From: Candidatus Latescibacterota bacterium
GTDB lineage: Bacteria > Latescibacterota > UBA2968 > UBA8231
Direction: 5' to 3'
Assembly: GCA_965215195.1 (NCBI GenBank)
Contig: CBDCDC010000002.1
Span: 4,192,001 to 4,256,000, forward strand
Length of the DNA: 64,000 nt
Shown here: positions 28,901-38,185 of the stretch, piece by piece
Layout: the number at the start of each line of letters is the position of its first letter
How positions within the stretch are numbered: position 1 is the stretch's first letter
Translations under genes and position numbers: made by a program
Notes under the pieces: model-generated
Told to the model about the DNA's origin: nothing
The model's database searches: none
The model's input: only the letters and a program-made list of their open reading frames with translations

Positions 28901-29220
28901 GCGTCAAAAAGATCAACGTCTTTCCCAATCCCTACCTCGGCGTCAATTCGGCCGAGACCAGCCGCTACAACCACTTCGTGACCTTCAGCCACCTGCCGCC
29001 CAAGGCGAATATCCGCATCTTCGACATGAGCGGCACGCTGGTGCGCACCATTGAGAAAGACGATCCGGCGCAATTTATGCGCTGGGATCTGCAAAACCAC
29101 AACGAACTGCCGGTGGCCAGCGGCATGTACATCGCCCATATCGAGTTGCCGGAAACCGGCATGAGTCGGATTCTCAAGCTGGCCGTCATCCAAGAGCAGC
29201 AGTTTTTGGAAAACTTCTAG
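25930..29220 (+). CDS. Large acidic secreted protein with T9SS type A-like C-terminal domain
   Basis: Signal peptide; FEGYNVY; KINVFPNPY...IRIFDMSGTLVRTI...WDLQN...VASGMYI...KLAVI. Confidence 0.82.
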   Translation: MRKLIFGYIAAAGLAIGPAEAREPFYGRAAKSLQEEAVEISTDRTMLNINNMAMWILSDGESAHNPISGSAGVTFPRSTDQVIFQDGLIWGGRVIDGNPQELRVGGQTYAVGTVPGVIESRGVAQDRDTARLYRIRRDYATADLRLDASEILNKRLSEVTDADEEAVRTQYERDWMEWPAELGAPFYDNDGNGQYDPAVDEPGLANADQVIWLAINDLDPGAVASLYGSLPIGMETQVTLWGYARTDALGDAIFKKYKVIYKGTESTPDTARIEDMYLAQWSDPDLGDFGDDFAGADVDLSLGYVYNSIDDDSHYVNFELAPPAAGYDFLQGPVVPVYLLDEEGNVAVDEEGNSLLDESSVAIFNDGMRPGYKNLPMTAFVYFAAGSSISDPDLNEYDGTLQWYNLLQGFQPQADIENPVPYTNPLTNEDTKFTLDGDPTRATGWNDGIPLPAGDRRIVMATGPFEMALGDTQEVVVALLGASSTDRLRSVSKLKFTDQFVQDAYNSFFQVPKPPVRPNVRLIELDQTIVLNWGWDPESVSKTEGVGSPGFDFEGYNVYQLPSAEATLSQGTRVATFDLVNGVTTILGIALDEQSGVVLDVPLQIGNDSGLQRYIALSHDALRGGPLVNGQQYYFTVTAYNRATSEDAATTTTLESSPQTITCVPQIAPPGITRTHEDPGDTLSVEHTKGIGDASVWPLVIDPTALQQATYKVTFNDDATWSLSRDGERIVDRESNISLDESYPIVEGLQVKVGDLVFTHPTTYIRSKVTNDANLDDGPLSLWGDGTLFGFADGYGSTFWDGGGAGDNRLVRDIEFRFTGVWNADSTAIAEGGSIATLGGVSAGSGERDIAAHPFKPAEVSDSTGAFLQRVPFEVWDVEDPDNPRQLNAVFYDRGADGSRDEGSVVYHQTYNMPGRDYITIVHTDYDPTKIHELTDENTTWVYFFTQGGSSVWSTGDVLRITIGNTVVAGEDEFEFKVTAETYSEALAKESVKKINVFPNPYLGVNSAETSRYNHFVTFSHLPPKANIRIFDMSGTLVRTIEKDDPAQFMRWDLQNHNELPVASGMYIAHIELPETGMSRILKLAVIQEQQFLENF

Positions 29221-29242
29221 GGGAGAAACAGGAGGCCATTCC

Positions 29243-30277
29243 ATGATTCGACACAAGCTTAGCATCTCGACGATCCTGCTGGCGCTGGTTTTCGCCTCGG
29301 CTGCGGCCTTTGCCGATGGCTATGATCGCGCCGGTACGGCCGCGGCCCCGGAACTGCTGATTCCGGTTGGCGCACGCGACATGGCCTTGGGCGGTGCCTC
29401 AATCGCCACCAGTTCCGGTCTGGAAGCCCTACACTGGAACCCGGCAGGTCTGTCCAAGTCCGAATCCAACGCGGGCATCATGTTCTCGACGATGTCCTAT
29501 CTGGCGGATACCCGCATCAACTATCTGGCCACCGGTGCCAACTTCAAGAACCTCGGCTCGCTGGCCCTCAACATCAAGGCCCTAGATTTCGGCGAAATCC
29601 CGGTGACAACCGAGGCCAATCCCGACGGCACCGGCGCGACCTATTCGCCGACCTTTTTCACCTTGGGCCTGACCTTCGCACGGGAACTGACCGATCGCAT
29701 CGCCGTCGGGATTACCAGCCATTATGTCGTCAACCGCATCCAGCGCGTCGAGGCCACTGCGACCTCGCTGAGTGCCGGTCTGCAATACGCCAATCTGGGC
29801 GGAATTGCCGGCTTGGACTTGGGGGTGGCGCTCAAGCACATCGGTACGCAGATGCAGTTTGAAGGGTCCGGCCTGTTGCGCCGCGGTCAGATCGACGGGT
29901 TGCGCCGCGGCCCCTCTGATTACAATGTACAGGCTAGCGCGGCCGACCTGCCCTCGACGTTTGAACTCGGTTTGAGCTACCGCTACACGCCCGCTGGTCT
30001 GGGCGCGGTCAACTTGTCCTCGGTCTTCCGGCACAACAACTTCGCCTACGACCAGTACCGGTTGGGCGCTGAGTATCTGTTGAGCGATTTCTTCGCCGTG
30101 CGCGCTGGCTTCGACTACGCGCCCAACTCGACCGACGACTACATCTACGGCACCAGCTTCGGCTTTGGTATGAATCTGGAGGCCGGGACGCTCGAGGATT
30201 TGCGCGTTGATTACGCCTACACTACGGTCGACTATTTCGACGCGCTCAATACTTTCACCTTTCAGTTCGGTTTTTGA
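29243..30277 (+). CDS. PorV/PorQ (UPF0164) family outer-membrane beta-barrel
   Basis: GTAAAPELLIPVGARDMALGG, HWNPAGL, VDYAY, C-terminal Phe. Confidence 0.85.
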   Translation: MIRHKLSISTILLALVFASAAAFADGYDRAGTAAAPELLIPVGARDMALGGASIATSSGLEALHWNPAGLSKSESNAGIMFSTMSYLADTRINYLATGANFKNLGSLALNIKALDFGEIPVTTEANPDGTGATYSPTFFTLGLTFARELTDRIAVGITSHYVVNRIQRVEATATSLSAGLQYANLGGIAGLDLGVALKHIGTQMQFEGSGLLRRGQIDGLRRGPSDYNVQASAADLPSTFELGLSYRYTPAGLGAVNLSSVFRHNNFAYDQYRLGAEYLLSDFFAVRAGFDYAPNSTDDYIYGTSFGFGMNLEAGTLEDLRVDYAYTTVDYFDALNTFTFQFGF

Positions 30278-30364
30278 AATTAGTGGTTAGTGGTCCGTTT
30301 CCCACTGCCACTCCGCGGGGATGGGTTGGGGCTGGCCACTGGCGGTCTCCAAAGGAGATTTTTT

Positions 30365-31369
30365 ATGAGGTTTGCAGGTTGGCTAGCGGTGCTCGTCGCC
30401 GTCGCCGGATTGGGATGTCAGAGTTCGACCATGACCGCGGCCAAGCTCTATATCAAGCAAGAGCAGCCGCAAAAGGCCAAAGAACAACTCGCCCTAGTCT
30501 TGCAGACCGAGCCAGAGAATTTCGAGGCTCACTTGCTCATGGGCCAGCTTTTAGGGGACGAGGGCCGCTATGGCGAAATGGCCGATCACTTGGCGCATGC
30601 CGAGCGCGAGCCCAAGTTTCAGAGCGAGGTTGAGCAAACGCGCCGCCAGTTTTGGACGCACGAGTACAATGCCGGCGTCTTCCATGCCCAAGGCGAGGTG
30701 CCGAATTACGTCATGGCGCGGCATTCGTTTCACAACGCTACCCTCATCGACGAGAGTGCGCTCGACGCTTGGCGCAACCTCGCGTACGTCTATTACCAGA
30801 TCGACAGCACGGATGCGGCCATTGCCACCTACCAGAAGATCGCGTCGGCCGATCCAGAAGACGAGCGCACCTTTTTCAGCTTGGGGTCGCTTTACTTGGG
30901 AAAAGGCGACCTTGATGCGGCCATCCGCGCCTTGTCGCAGGTGGTCAAGATCAATCCGGCAAACCTCAATGGCCTGACCAATCTCGCCATCGCCCAAGTC
31001 CAAGCCGAGGATTACGAGAGTGCCGAGGCCAATTATCGCAAGGTCATTGAGCTAAACCCCGATGATTTCAAGCCCTACTTCAACTTGGGCAACCTCTACT
31101 GGCAGCAGGAAAAATATACCGCGGCTCAGCGGGCCTATGAGCAGGCCCTCCAGCTCGAACCCGACGACGGGGACGTGCGCTACAACCTCGCCATGGTCCA
31201 CTTGGCCACCGAGGACATGGATGGCGCGTTGCCGCTCTTGGAACAGCTCGCCGAACAAACGCCAGACAATGCGTTGGTGTGGATGCACTTGGGCACGGTT
31301 TACGCCCACAAGGACTTGGTTGCAGAGAGCGAGGCGGCGTTTGCGCGGGCCGAGGAACTAGAGGAGTAA
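30365..31369 (+). CDS. Tetratricopeptide repeat lipoprotein
   Basis: AAGGAG RBS; lipobox GLGC; TPR units (YFNLGNLY, RYNLAMVH). Confidence 0.87.
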   Translation: MRFAGWLAVLVAVAGLGCQSSTMTAAKLYIKQEQPQKAKEQLALVLQTEPENFEAHLLMGQLLGDEGRYGEMADHLAHAEREPKFQSEVEQTRRQFWTHEYNAGVFHAQGEVPNYVMARHSFHNATLIDESALDAWRNLAYVYYQIDSTDAAIATYQKIASADPEDERTFFSLGSLYLGKGDLDAAIRALSQVVKINPANLNGLTNLAIAQVQAEDYESAEANYRKVIELNPDDFKPYFNLGNLYWQQEKYTAAQRAYEQALQLEPDDGDVRYNLAMVHLATEDMDGALPLLEQLAEQTPDNALVWMHLGTVYAHKDLVAESEAAFARAEELEE

Positions 31370-31391
31370 AGCGCCGGCGCTGTAACCCACC

Positions 31392-32687
31392 ATGCTGCAG
31401 TACACCATCCAGCGCATTCTGCTCGCCATCCCGACCCTCCTCGGCATCACCCTACTGACCTTTCTGATTATGCGTTTGGCACCCGGCGACCCGGTCGATC
31501 TGTTCTTGGGCGGGGCCGCCGCTGGCGAGGGGATCTCCACCGATCACCAAGCGGATATGGAGAAGACGCGCCGGGATTTGCGCCGCCAACTCGGGCTGGA
31601 CCAACCGCTGCACATCCAGTATTTGCACTGGCTTTCCAACTTGGTCTTGCGCGTAGAAGACCTAGGCGCATTCGACCGCGGGGCCTTGTTGGCCGACGCC
31701 GTGCTCGACGAGCTACCAGACGCGGCGCGGGCCGAGCTGGCCGCGCTCGAAGGCGCGGAGCGCAAGGCACGCTTCTTGGAGCACTTTCGCGGCTGGCGTC
31801 CCGGGCGCGTCGACGAGCTAGTTGAGTCGCCTTTCTGGCAGAGCCGCCTGTTCTCGCCAGTCAAAAACTACGCGTATGCCGGGTCTGGCTTGGAGCTGGT
31901 GCAGGCGGGGGACTGGCGTTTGGTGACGCTGAATCTGGGGCGTTCCTTCAAAGACCAAGAGCCGGTCATCGACCACATCCTCGACCGGCTGCCCATCACG
32001 CTGGAAATCAACCTCATCAGCCTCGTCTTTGCCTATCTAGTCGGCGTACCGCTGGGCATCGTGATCGCAGTCAAGCAAAATACCGCTATCGACCGCTTGG
32101 CTACCATCGGAACCTTCATGCTGTGGTCGATGCCTTCGTTTTGGGTCGGCATGCTGTTGATCTTGTTTTTCTGCAACAAGGAATTCTTCCACTGGTTTCC
32201 GGCCTCTGGGATCCAATCCATAGAAGCTGGGGAAGACTGGGGGTTCTGGCGGCTGCTGACCGACCACGCCCACCACATGGTGTTGCCGGTACTGGCTTCG
32301 ACCTACTCCAGCTTCGCCGGCATCTCGCGCTATATGCGCACCAGCATGCTGGAGAATTTGCGGCTGGACTACGTGCGCACCGCTCAAGCCAAGGGGTTGC
32401 GCTACCGCGTCGTGGTGCTGCGCCACGTGCTGCGCAACTCCCTGATTCCCATTGTGACGCTACTGGCCGGGCTTTTGCCGGGGATGATCGCGGGTTCGGT
32501 GTTTATCGAGACGATCTTCACCATTCCGGGCATGGGCTTTTTGGCTTTCCAGTCGGTCATCGCGCGCGACTATCCGGTGGCCATGGCGCTCTTCACGGTT
32601 GGCGCGGCCCTGTCGCTGGCGGGGATCTTGGTGGCGGATATTCTGCTCAAGGTGGCGGATCCGCGCATCGACTTTGCGAGTATGTAG
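31392..32687 (+). CDS. oppB: Peptide ABC transporter permease (OppB/DppB) with enlarged loop
   Basis: RILLAIPTLLG, LGLDQPLHIQY, DYVRTAQAKG, HVLRNSLIP, DPRI. Confidence 0.92.
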   Translation: MLQYTIQRILLAIPTLLGITLLTFLIMRLAPGDPVDLFLGGAAAGEGISTDHQADMEKTRRDLRRQLGLDQPLHIQYLHWLSNLVLRVEDLGAFDRGALLADAVLDELPDAARAELAALEGAERKARFLEHFRGWRPGRVDELVESPFWQSRLFSPVKNYAYAGSGLELVQAGDWRLVTLNLGRSFKDQEPVIDHILDRLPITLEINLISLVFAYLVGVPLGIVIAVKQNTAIDRLATIGTFMLWSMPSFWVGMLLILFFCNKEFFHWFPASGIQSIEAGEDWGFWRLLTDHAHHMVLPVLASTYSSFAGISRYMRTSMLENLRLDYVRTAQAKGLRYRVVVLRHVLRNSLIPIVTLLAGLLPGMIAGSVFIETIFTIPGMGFLAFQSVIARDYPVAMALFTVGAALSLAGILVADILLKVADPRIDFASM

Positions 32688-32688
32688 C

Positions 32689-33732
32689 ATGAACGCGAAG
32701 GCCGTTGCGCAAGGGCAATCCTACGGGCGGATCGTCTGGAGGCAGTTCAAGAAAAACAAACCCGCTCTGCTCAGTCTCTTGGGCATCGTCTTGCTGGGAA
32801 TTGTGGCCTTAAGTGCCGACTTACTGGCCGGCGACAAGCCTTACTATATGAAGTACAAGGGCGAGACCTACTTTCCGGCCTTCCGCCAGTACGCAGTCTA
32901 TCTGGGGGTAATGGACTGGCCGGCCGAATTGAAGCGCCGCCGCAACTTCAAAAAGCTCAAGACAGATGAGGCCATCTTCCCGCCGGTGCCTTATGCCCCA
33001 GGCGAAATCCGCTTGCGGGAGAAGTACCAGCCCCCCGGGGCCGAGCACTATCTGGGCACGGACCGCTTGGGCCGCGACGTGCTCTCGGGATTGATTCACG
33101 GCACGCGCTACGCCTTGACCATCGGCCTAGTGGCCGTGGGCATATCGCTGGTCATTGGCTTGGTCTTAGGGGCGTTGGCTGGCTACTTTGGAGGCTGGAT
33201 CGACTTGGCGCTCTCGCGCCTTTTCGAGCTGTGGGCCGCGATTCCCAGCTTCTTCCTGATCCTGACGGCCGCGGCGTTTTTCCCGCCGAACCTGTTCTTC
33301 GTCATGATCATTATCGGCCTTACGAGTTGGGTCGGTATCGCCCGCTTGACGCGCTCGCAGTTTTTGCAGGTGCGCAGCTACGATTACGTGGCCGCCGCTC
33401 GCAGCCTCGGGTACTCAAACGGGCGGATCATGTTCCGCCACATTTTGCCCAACGCCATCGGACCGATCCTGATCCCGGCGGCCTTCGGAGTCGCGGGTGC
33501 CATACTCGCCGAGTCGGGACTGAGCTTTTTGGGGGTGGGAGTGCCGGCAGAAGTGATCACTTGGGGTGCCCTGCTGGCTGGGGCGCGCAGCAATGCGGCG
33601 GCGTGGTGGCTGGTGGTCGTGCCGGGCGTGGCCATTTTTGCGACCGTGACCCTGTACAACCTGCTGGGCGACGGCCTGCGCGACGCGCTGGACCCGAAGC
33701 TGCGCGGATCAGGCGCGGAGGAAAGCGGGTAG
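32689..33732 (+). CDS. oppC: Peptide ABC transporter permease (OppC/DppC)
   Basis: HYLGTDRLGRDV, YVAAARSLG, HILPN, GDGLRDALDP. Confidence 0.92.
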   Translation: MNAKAVAQGQSYGRIVWRQFKKNKPALLSLLGIVLLGIVALSADLLAGDKPYYMKYKGETYFPAFRQYAVYLGVMDWPAELKRRRNFKKLKTDEAIFPPVPYAPGEIRLREKYQPPGAEHYLGTDRLGRDVLSGLIHGTRYALTIGLVAVGISLVIGLVLGALAGYFGGWIDLALSRLFELWAAIPSFFLILTAAAFFPPNLFFVMIIIGLTSWVGIARLTRSQFLQVRSYDYVAAARSLGYSNGRIMFRHILPNAIGPILIPAAFGVAGAILAESGLSFLGVGVPAEVITWGALLAGARSNAAAWWLVVVPGVAIFATVTLYNLLGDGLRDALDPKLRGSGAEESG

Positions 33733-34980
33733 GGACTCGTTGGCTACGATCTGGTCGAGGGTCTGTCGCTGGCGCAGCAGATGGAGCTCGCCGTCTGTGC
33801 CGAGCAGCACTTCGCATGCTTCCGGGAAGGAATTGTAGTTTTTGGCTGCCATGCCAGCGCAATAGGCCCCGCTGCCGCCGATAAAGACCGCGTCGCCGAT
33901 GCGCGGCTCGGTGAGTACGCGGGGTCCCAGCTCTTCGGGGTTGCCGGGTACTGGCGTGAGAATATCCCCGCTTTCACAGCAATGGCCGGCGATTAGGTAC
34001 TCGCCTTGGCCGCGCGCCTCTGGTGTGGCCGGGACCACGACGATGGGGTGTTGCGCCCCGTACAGGCTGGGACGCAGCACTTCAGTCATTCCGCTATCGA
34101 CCTTGATGAAGGAATAGCCCTGCCGGCCGGTATCGACTACGTCGACGACGCAGCACACGATGGCACCGGCGTTGCCCACCAAGAAGGTCCCAGGTTCGAT
34201 TTCGAGATGCAGTTTGCGGCCGTGCTCGCGGGCGAAGCGGTTGAATTCGTCGGCCACAGGTTGGCCAGCTTTGTGCAAGTCGGTCGATGCTTCGCCCGCC
34301 ATGCGCCCCACCCTGAAACCGCCGCCCATACTCACGCGCCGGACCTCGGGCAGCTTGGCGGCCACGCCCAGCGTCAGCCGGGCGCAGTGCTGCCACACTT
34401 CTGGGTCGCTGCCCGAGCCGATATGGCTGTGCAAGCCGGTGATGTGGAGGTCGCAGGTAGCGGCCGTTGCGAGCACTTGGTCGAGATGCTCGTGCCAGAT
34501 GCCGAAGCTCGCCGAAGGGCCGCCCGTGTTGGTGCGATTGCTGTGTCCCGAGCCTAGGCCTGGGTTGACGCGCACCGAGACCTCGCGGCCCGCAAAGAGC
34601 CGGCCGTAGGTTTCGAGCTGGTGCAGGGAGCAGGCGTTAAAGAGGACGCCTTGGCGCACTAGGTCTGCTAAATTGTCGGGTAGTTGTTGGGCCGTGAGCT
34701 GAATCTGGGCCGCGGGGACGCCAGCGCGCATGGCCCGCAGCGCTTCGTACCCACTACTGGCGTCGATGTGCAGGCCAGCGCGGTTGAGAATGCGGATCAC
34801 GCCGGCGGCCGGGCAGGCTTTCACAGCGTAGCGAACCGTCAGGCCGTGTGCATTGGGGAAGGCAAGAGCCTTTTGGGCTTGGGATTCCAACGCCTTTTGA
34901 TCATAGACAAAAGTGGGCGTCCCAAACTGGCGCTGGACGGTGCGAACTTGCTCTTCAGACAGGAGTGAAAGCCGTTCCAT
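33709..34980 (-). CDS. lysA: Diaminopimelate decarboxylase
   Basis: YAVKA (PLP Lys), HIGSG, EPG, RPSLYGA, CESGD, GAY; convergent 24-bp overlap with oppC. Confidence 0.9.
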   Translation of the reverse strand: MERLSLLSEEQVRTVQRQFGTPTFVYDQKALESQAQKALAFPNAHGLTVRYAVKACPAAGVIRILNRAGLHIDASSGYEALRAMRAGVPAAQIQLTAQQLPDNLADLVRQGVLFNACSLHQLETYGRLFAGREVSVRVNPGLGSGHSNRTNTGGPSASFGIWHEHLDQVLATAATCDLHITGLHSHIGSGSDPEVWQHCARLTLGVAAKLPEVRRVSMGGGFRVGRMAGEASTDLHKAGQPVADEFNRFAREHGRKLHLEIEPGTFLVGNAGAIVCCVVDVVDTGRQGYSFIKVDSGMTEVLRPSLYGAQHPIVVVPATPEARGQGEYLIAGHCCESGDILTPVPGNPEELGPRVLTEPRIGDAVFIGGSGAYCAGMAAKNYNSFPEACEVLLGTDGELHLLRQRQTLDQIVANESLPAFLRA

Positions 34981-35072
34981 TAAATGACCCTAACTTGATA
35001 TTTTTCAATAGAATCCATAGGTTATGAAAACTCTTTAGTATCGCTGCTACATCCCATTTTGTCAAGCTCCCT

Positions 35073-36896
35073 ATGGCCACCCACATCCTCGGCATTTCCG
35101 CGTTCTACCACGATAGCGCGGCCTGTTTGGTGCGCGACGGAGAGATCGTCGCGGCTGCGCAGGAGGAGCGATTCACGCGCGTTAAACACGATCCAGATTT
35201 TCCCGCTCGCGCCGTCGCCTACTGTCTGCGAGAAGGCGGTATTGAGGCCAAAGACCTGCACTGCGTGGGGTTTTACGACAAACCCCTGCTGACCTTTGAA
35301 CGCCTGCTAGAGACTCATCTGGGCACGGTGCCGTTGGGCCTCCGCCTCTACTGGAAGAGCATGAAGGTCTGGCTGGAAAAGAAGCTGTGGATCCCGCAGT
35401 TAATCCAAGAGCAGCTAGGCTGCGATGTACCGGTGCTGTTCGGCGACCACCACGAGTCGCACGCCGCGTCGGCCTTCTATCCGTCGCCGTATCGAGAAGC
35501 GGCAATCGCAACCTTAGACGGGGTTGGCGAGTGGACCACGACCAGCTATGGCTACGGCCGAGATGCCGAAATTCACACGCTGGCCGACCTCAAGTTTCCC
35601 CACTCGCTCGGTTTGTTCTATTCGGCCTTTACCTATTTTGCGGGCTTCAAGGTCAACTCCGGCGAGTACAAGCTGATGGGGCTGGCCCCTTACGGCGAGC
35701 CAAAATACGTCGATCTAATGCTCGAAGAGATAATCGACCTCAAGGACGACGGCTCCTTCAAGCTCAACACTCGTTATTTCAACTACTTATCCGGCCTGAC
35801 GATGACCAGTCGGGCAATGGACAAGCTCTTCGGGGGAGGGCCGCGGCGGCCGGAGACGCCGCTGACCCAGCGCGAAATGGATATCGCGCGCTCCTGTCAG
35901 GTCGTCACCGAGGAAGTCATGTTGCGCATTGCCCGCACGGTCCACAGAGAAACCAAGATCAAAAACTTGTGCATGGCCGGTGGCGTGGCACTCAATTGCG
36001 TCGGCAATGGCCGCATCTTGCGCGAGGGCCCCTTTGAAAACATCTGGATCCAGCCGGCTGCGGGCGATGCCGGCGGGGCCTTGGGCGTGGCGCTGGCGCT
36101 GTGGTATAACCACTTGGGCCACGAGCGGGTGGCAGACGGCGCAAACGACGCGATGCGGGCGTCGCTGTTAGGGCCTGAATACGGAGACGAAGAAATCCAC
36201 CAGTGCATTGAGCAGCAGGCGGGGGTGGCGCAAAAGATCGCCGCGGACGAGTTGCCGGTGCGCGTGGCCGAGCTTTTGGCTGCGGGCAAAGTCGTGGGCT
36301 TTTTTCAGGGGCGGATGGAATTTGGGCCGCGTGCGCTCGGTGCCCGCTCAATTCTCGGCGACCCGCGCTCAGCCGAGATGCAGTCGCTGATGAACCGCAA
36401 GATCAAGTTCCGCGAGAGCTTCCGCCCCTTTGCCCCGACGGTCCTGCGCGAATGCGTACGCGAGTTCTTTGAGCTGGATGCCGACTCGCCTTACATGCTG
36501 CAAGTGGCTCCACTTAAAGCGGAACGGCAGATTCCCATGAGCGAGGGCCAGCAGCGGCTGTTCGGCATTGACAAGCTAAACGTGCCGCGCTCGGATATTC
36601 CGGCCGTCACCCACGTGGACTACTCGGCGCGGGTGCAGACGCTGCGCCGGCGAGATCACCCTCGCTACTACGACGTGATTCGCGCCTTTCAGAGCCTGAC
36701 CGGATATCCAGTGGTGGTCAACACGTCCTTCAACGTGCGCGGCGAACCCATCGTCCAAAGCCCAGAAGACGCCTATCGCTGCTTCATGCGGACCGAGATG
36801 GATTTTTTGGTCCTAGGCTCTTATGTCTTGGACAAGAGGGACCAACCGCAGTGGCAGGAGGAACGGGATTGGCAAGAGGAGTTTGAGCTTGACTGA
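35073..36896 (+). CDS. O-carbamoyltransferase (NodU/CmcH family)
   Basis: YHDSAA, EERFTR, HHESHAAS, GEYKLMGLAPYG, EFGPRALG, HVDYSAR, NTSFN. Confidence 0.93.
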   Translation: MATHILGISAFYHDSAACLVRDGEIVAAAQEERFTRVKHDPDFPARAVAYCLREGGIEAKDLHCVGFYDKPLLTFERLLETHLGTVPLGLRLYWKSMKVWLEKKLWIPQLIQEQLGCDVPVLFGDHHESHAASAFYPSPYREAAIATLDGVGEWTTTSYGYGRDAEIHTLADLKFPHSLGLFYSAFTYFAGFKVNSGEYKLMGLAPYGEPKYVDLMLEEIIDLKDDGSFKLNTRYFNYLSGLTMTSRAMDKLFGGGPRRPETPLTQREMDIARSCQVVTEEVMLRIARTVHRETKIKNLCMAGGVALNCVGNGRILREGPFENIWIQPAAGDAGGALGVALALWYNHLGHERVADGANDAMRASLLGPEYGDEEIHQCIEQQAGVAQKIAADELPVRVAELLAAGKVVGFFQGRMEFGPRALGARSILGDPRSAEMQSLMNRKIKFRESFRPFAPTVLRECVREFFELDADSPYMLQVAPLKAERQIPMSEGQQRLFGIDKLNVPRSDIPAVTHVDYSARVQTLRRRDHPRYYDVIRAFQSLTGYPVVVNTSFNVRGEPIVQSPEDAYRCFMRTEMDFLVLGSYVLDKRDQPQWQEERDWQEEFELD

Positions 36897-37314
36897 GGCC
36901 AAGACCTACTGGGGGGTTGCAACTCCCACGCGCGGCGATTTGCGCCGATTTGGACTCGTGCTGGCGGCGTTGCTGGCCTTGCTAGGCGGCTATCTGTGGT
37001 ATGTGGAAGCTGTCGGCTTCGCCCAGCTTGTACACGCGGCCTCGTTGGTATTGCTCGGGGTCGGATTGGTGCTGCCCATTGCGCTGACGCCGATCTACTT
37101 TCCCTATATGTGGCTGGCCAGAATCGTGGCCTTTGTCAATATCCACCTGCTTTTAGGGCTGGTTTTCTACACACTTTTTACCCTGATCGGGCTTGGCATG
37201 CGCCTTTTGGGACGCGATCCGCTCGACCGCAAAATCGCTCCCGACGCGGAGAGTTACTGGCAGCGTCGGGCCTCTTCTCTGTTTCCCCGCGACCACTATC
37301 GCAAGCGGTTCTGA
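36889..37314 (+). CDS. SxtJ-family membrane protein
   Basis: DLRRFG...LGRDPLDRK...SYW; follows the carbamoyltransferase; TTG start after GAGGAG. Confidence 0.75.
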   Translation: MTEAKTYWGVATPTRGDLRRFGLVLAALLALLGGYLWYVEAVGFAQLVHAASLVLLGVGLVLPIALTPIYFPYMWLARIVAFVNIHLLLGLVFYTLFTLIGLGMRLLGRDPLDRKIAPDAESYWQRRASSLFPRDHYRKRF

Positions 37315-37382
37315 GCCTTGCTCTTGTTTTGGGCAGCCGTTATATTTACACCGCTTGGGAGGCCCCTTAAAAACGGCCTCAA

Positions 37383-37871
37383 ATGGAATCTACGGAAGAA
37401 CTTAGCTCATTTGCCGCAGACGGTCGTTGGATGCGCGAGGCCCTGCGCGAGGCCGAGCGAGCTGGCCGTCGTGGCGAGGTGCCCGTCGGTGCTGTCGTCG
37501 TCGGGGGCGGGCGGGTTTTGGGCCGGGCCGGCAACGCCATTGAAGCGACGCAGGATCCCACGGCTCACGCGGAGATGCTGGCTTTGCGCCAAGCTGCGGC
37601 GGCACTGGGGACGCGGCGTCTGTTGGCGACGACGCTCTACGCCACCTTGGAACCTTGCGCCATGTGCGCTGGGGCCGCAGTCTTGGCCCGGGTGCCGCGG
37701 CTGGTCTTTGGGGCCGCGGATCCCAAATCCGGTGCTTGCGGTTCGTTGCGCAATGTTGCGGAGGATCCTCGGCTCAATCATCGCTGTAAGGTCCGCGGCG
37801 GGGTGCTAGAGCGAGAATGTGCCGAGTTGCTCAAGGGTTTTTTTGCGGCCCTGCGAGCGGCCAAAAATTGA
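37383..37871 (+). CDS. tadA: tRNA adenosine(34) deaminase
   Basis: GEVPVGAV, DPTAHAE, LEPCAMCAG, DPKSGACGS. Confidence 0.93.
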   Translation: MESTEELSSFAADGRWMREALREAERAGRRGEVPVGAVVVGGGRVLGRAGNAIEATQDPTAHAEMLALRQAAAALGTRRLLATTLYATLEPCAMCAGAAVLARVPRLVFGAADPKSGACGSLRNVAEDPRLNHRCKVRGGVLERECAELLKGFFAALRAAKN

Positions 37872-37961
<90 letters not shown>

Positions 37962-37967
37962 TTTTGT

Positions 37968-38058
37968 GGAGAGATGGCCGAGTGGTCGAAGGTGCACGAC
38001 TGGAAATCGTGTGTAGGGCAACCCCCTACCGAGGGTTCGAATCCCTCTCTCTCCGCCA
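37968..38058 (+). tRNA. tRNA-Ser(GGA)
   Basis: CACGA-CT-GGA-AA-TCGTG; long variable arm; GTTCGAATC; CCA end. Confidence 0.95.
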
Positions 38059-38072
38059 TTATTGATCCGGAT

Positions 38073-38148
38073 GGGGCAGTAGCTCAGCTGGGAGAGCGCC
38101 AGGTTCGCAATCTGGAGGTCGTGGGTTCGATCCCCATCTGCTCCACCA
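38073..38148 (+). tRNA. tRNA-Ala(CGC)
   Basis: GGGGCAG acceptor with G3:U70; CCAGG-TT-CGC-AA-TCTGG; GTTCGATC; CCA end. Confidence 0.95.
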
Positions 38149-38185
38149 TTTTTTCCGGATACTCGCTGGTAAAATGCAGTGTTTT

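Noticed and set aside
35073-37314. Saxitoxin biosynthesis cluster
   Set aside because: Only sxtI/sxtJ-like genes; no sxtA, sxtG or sxtB, and these families are widespread.
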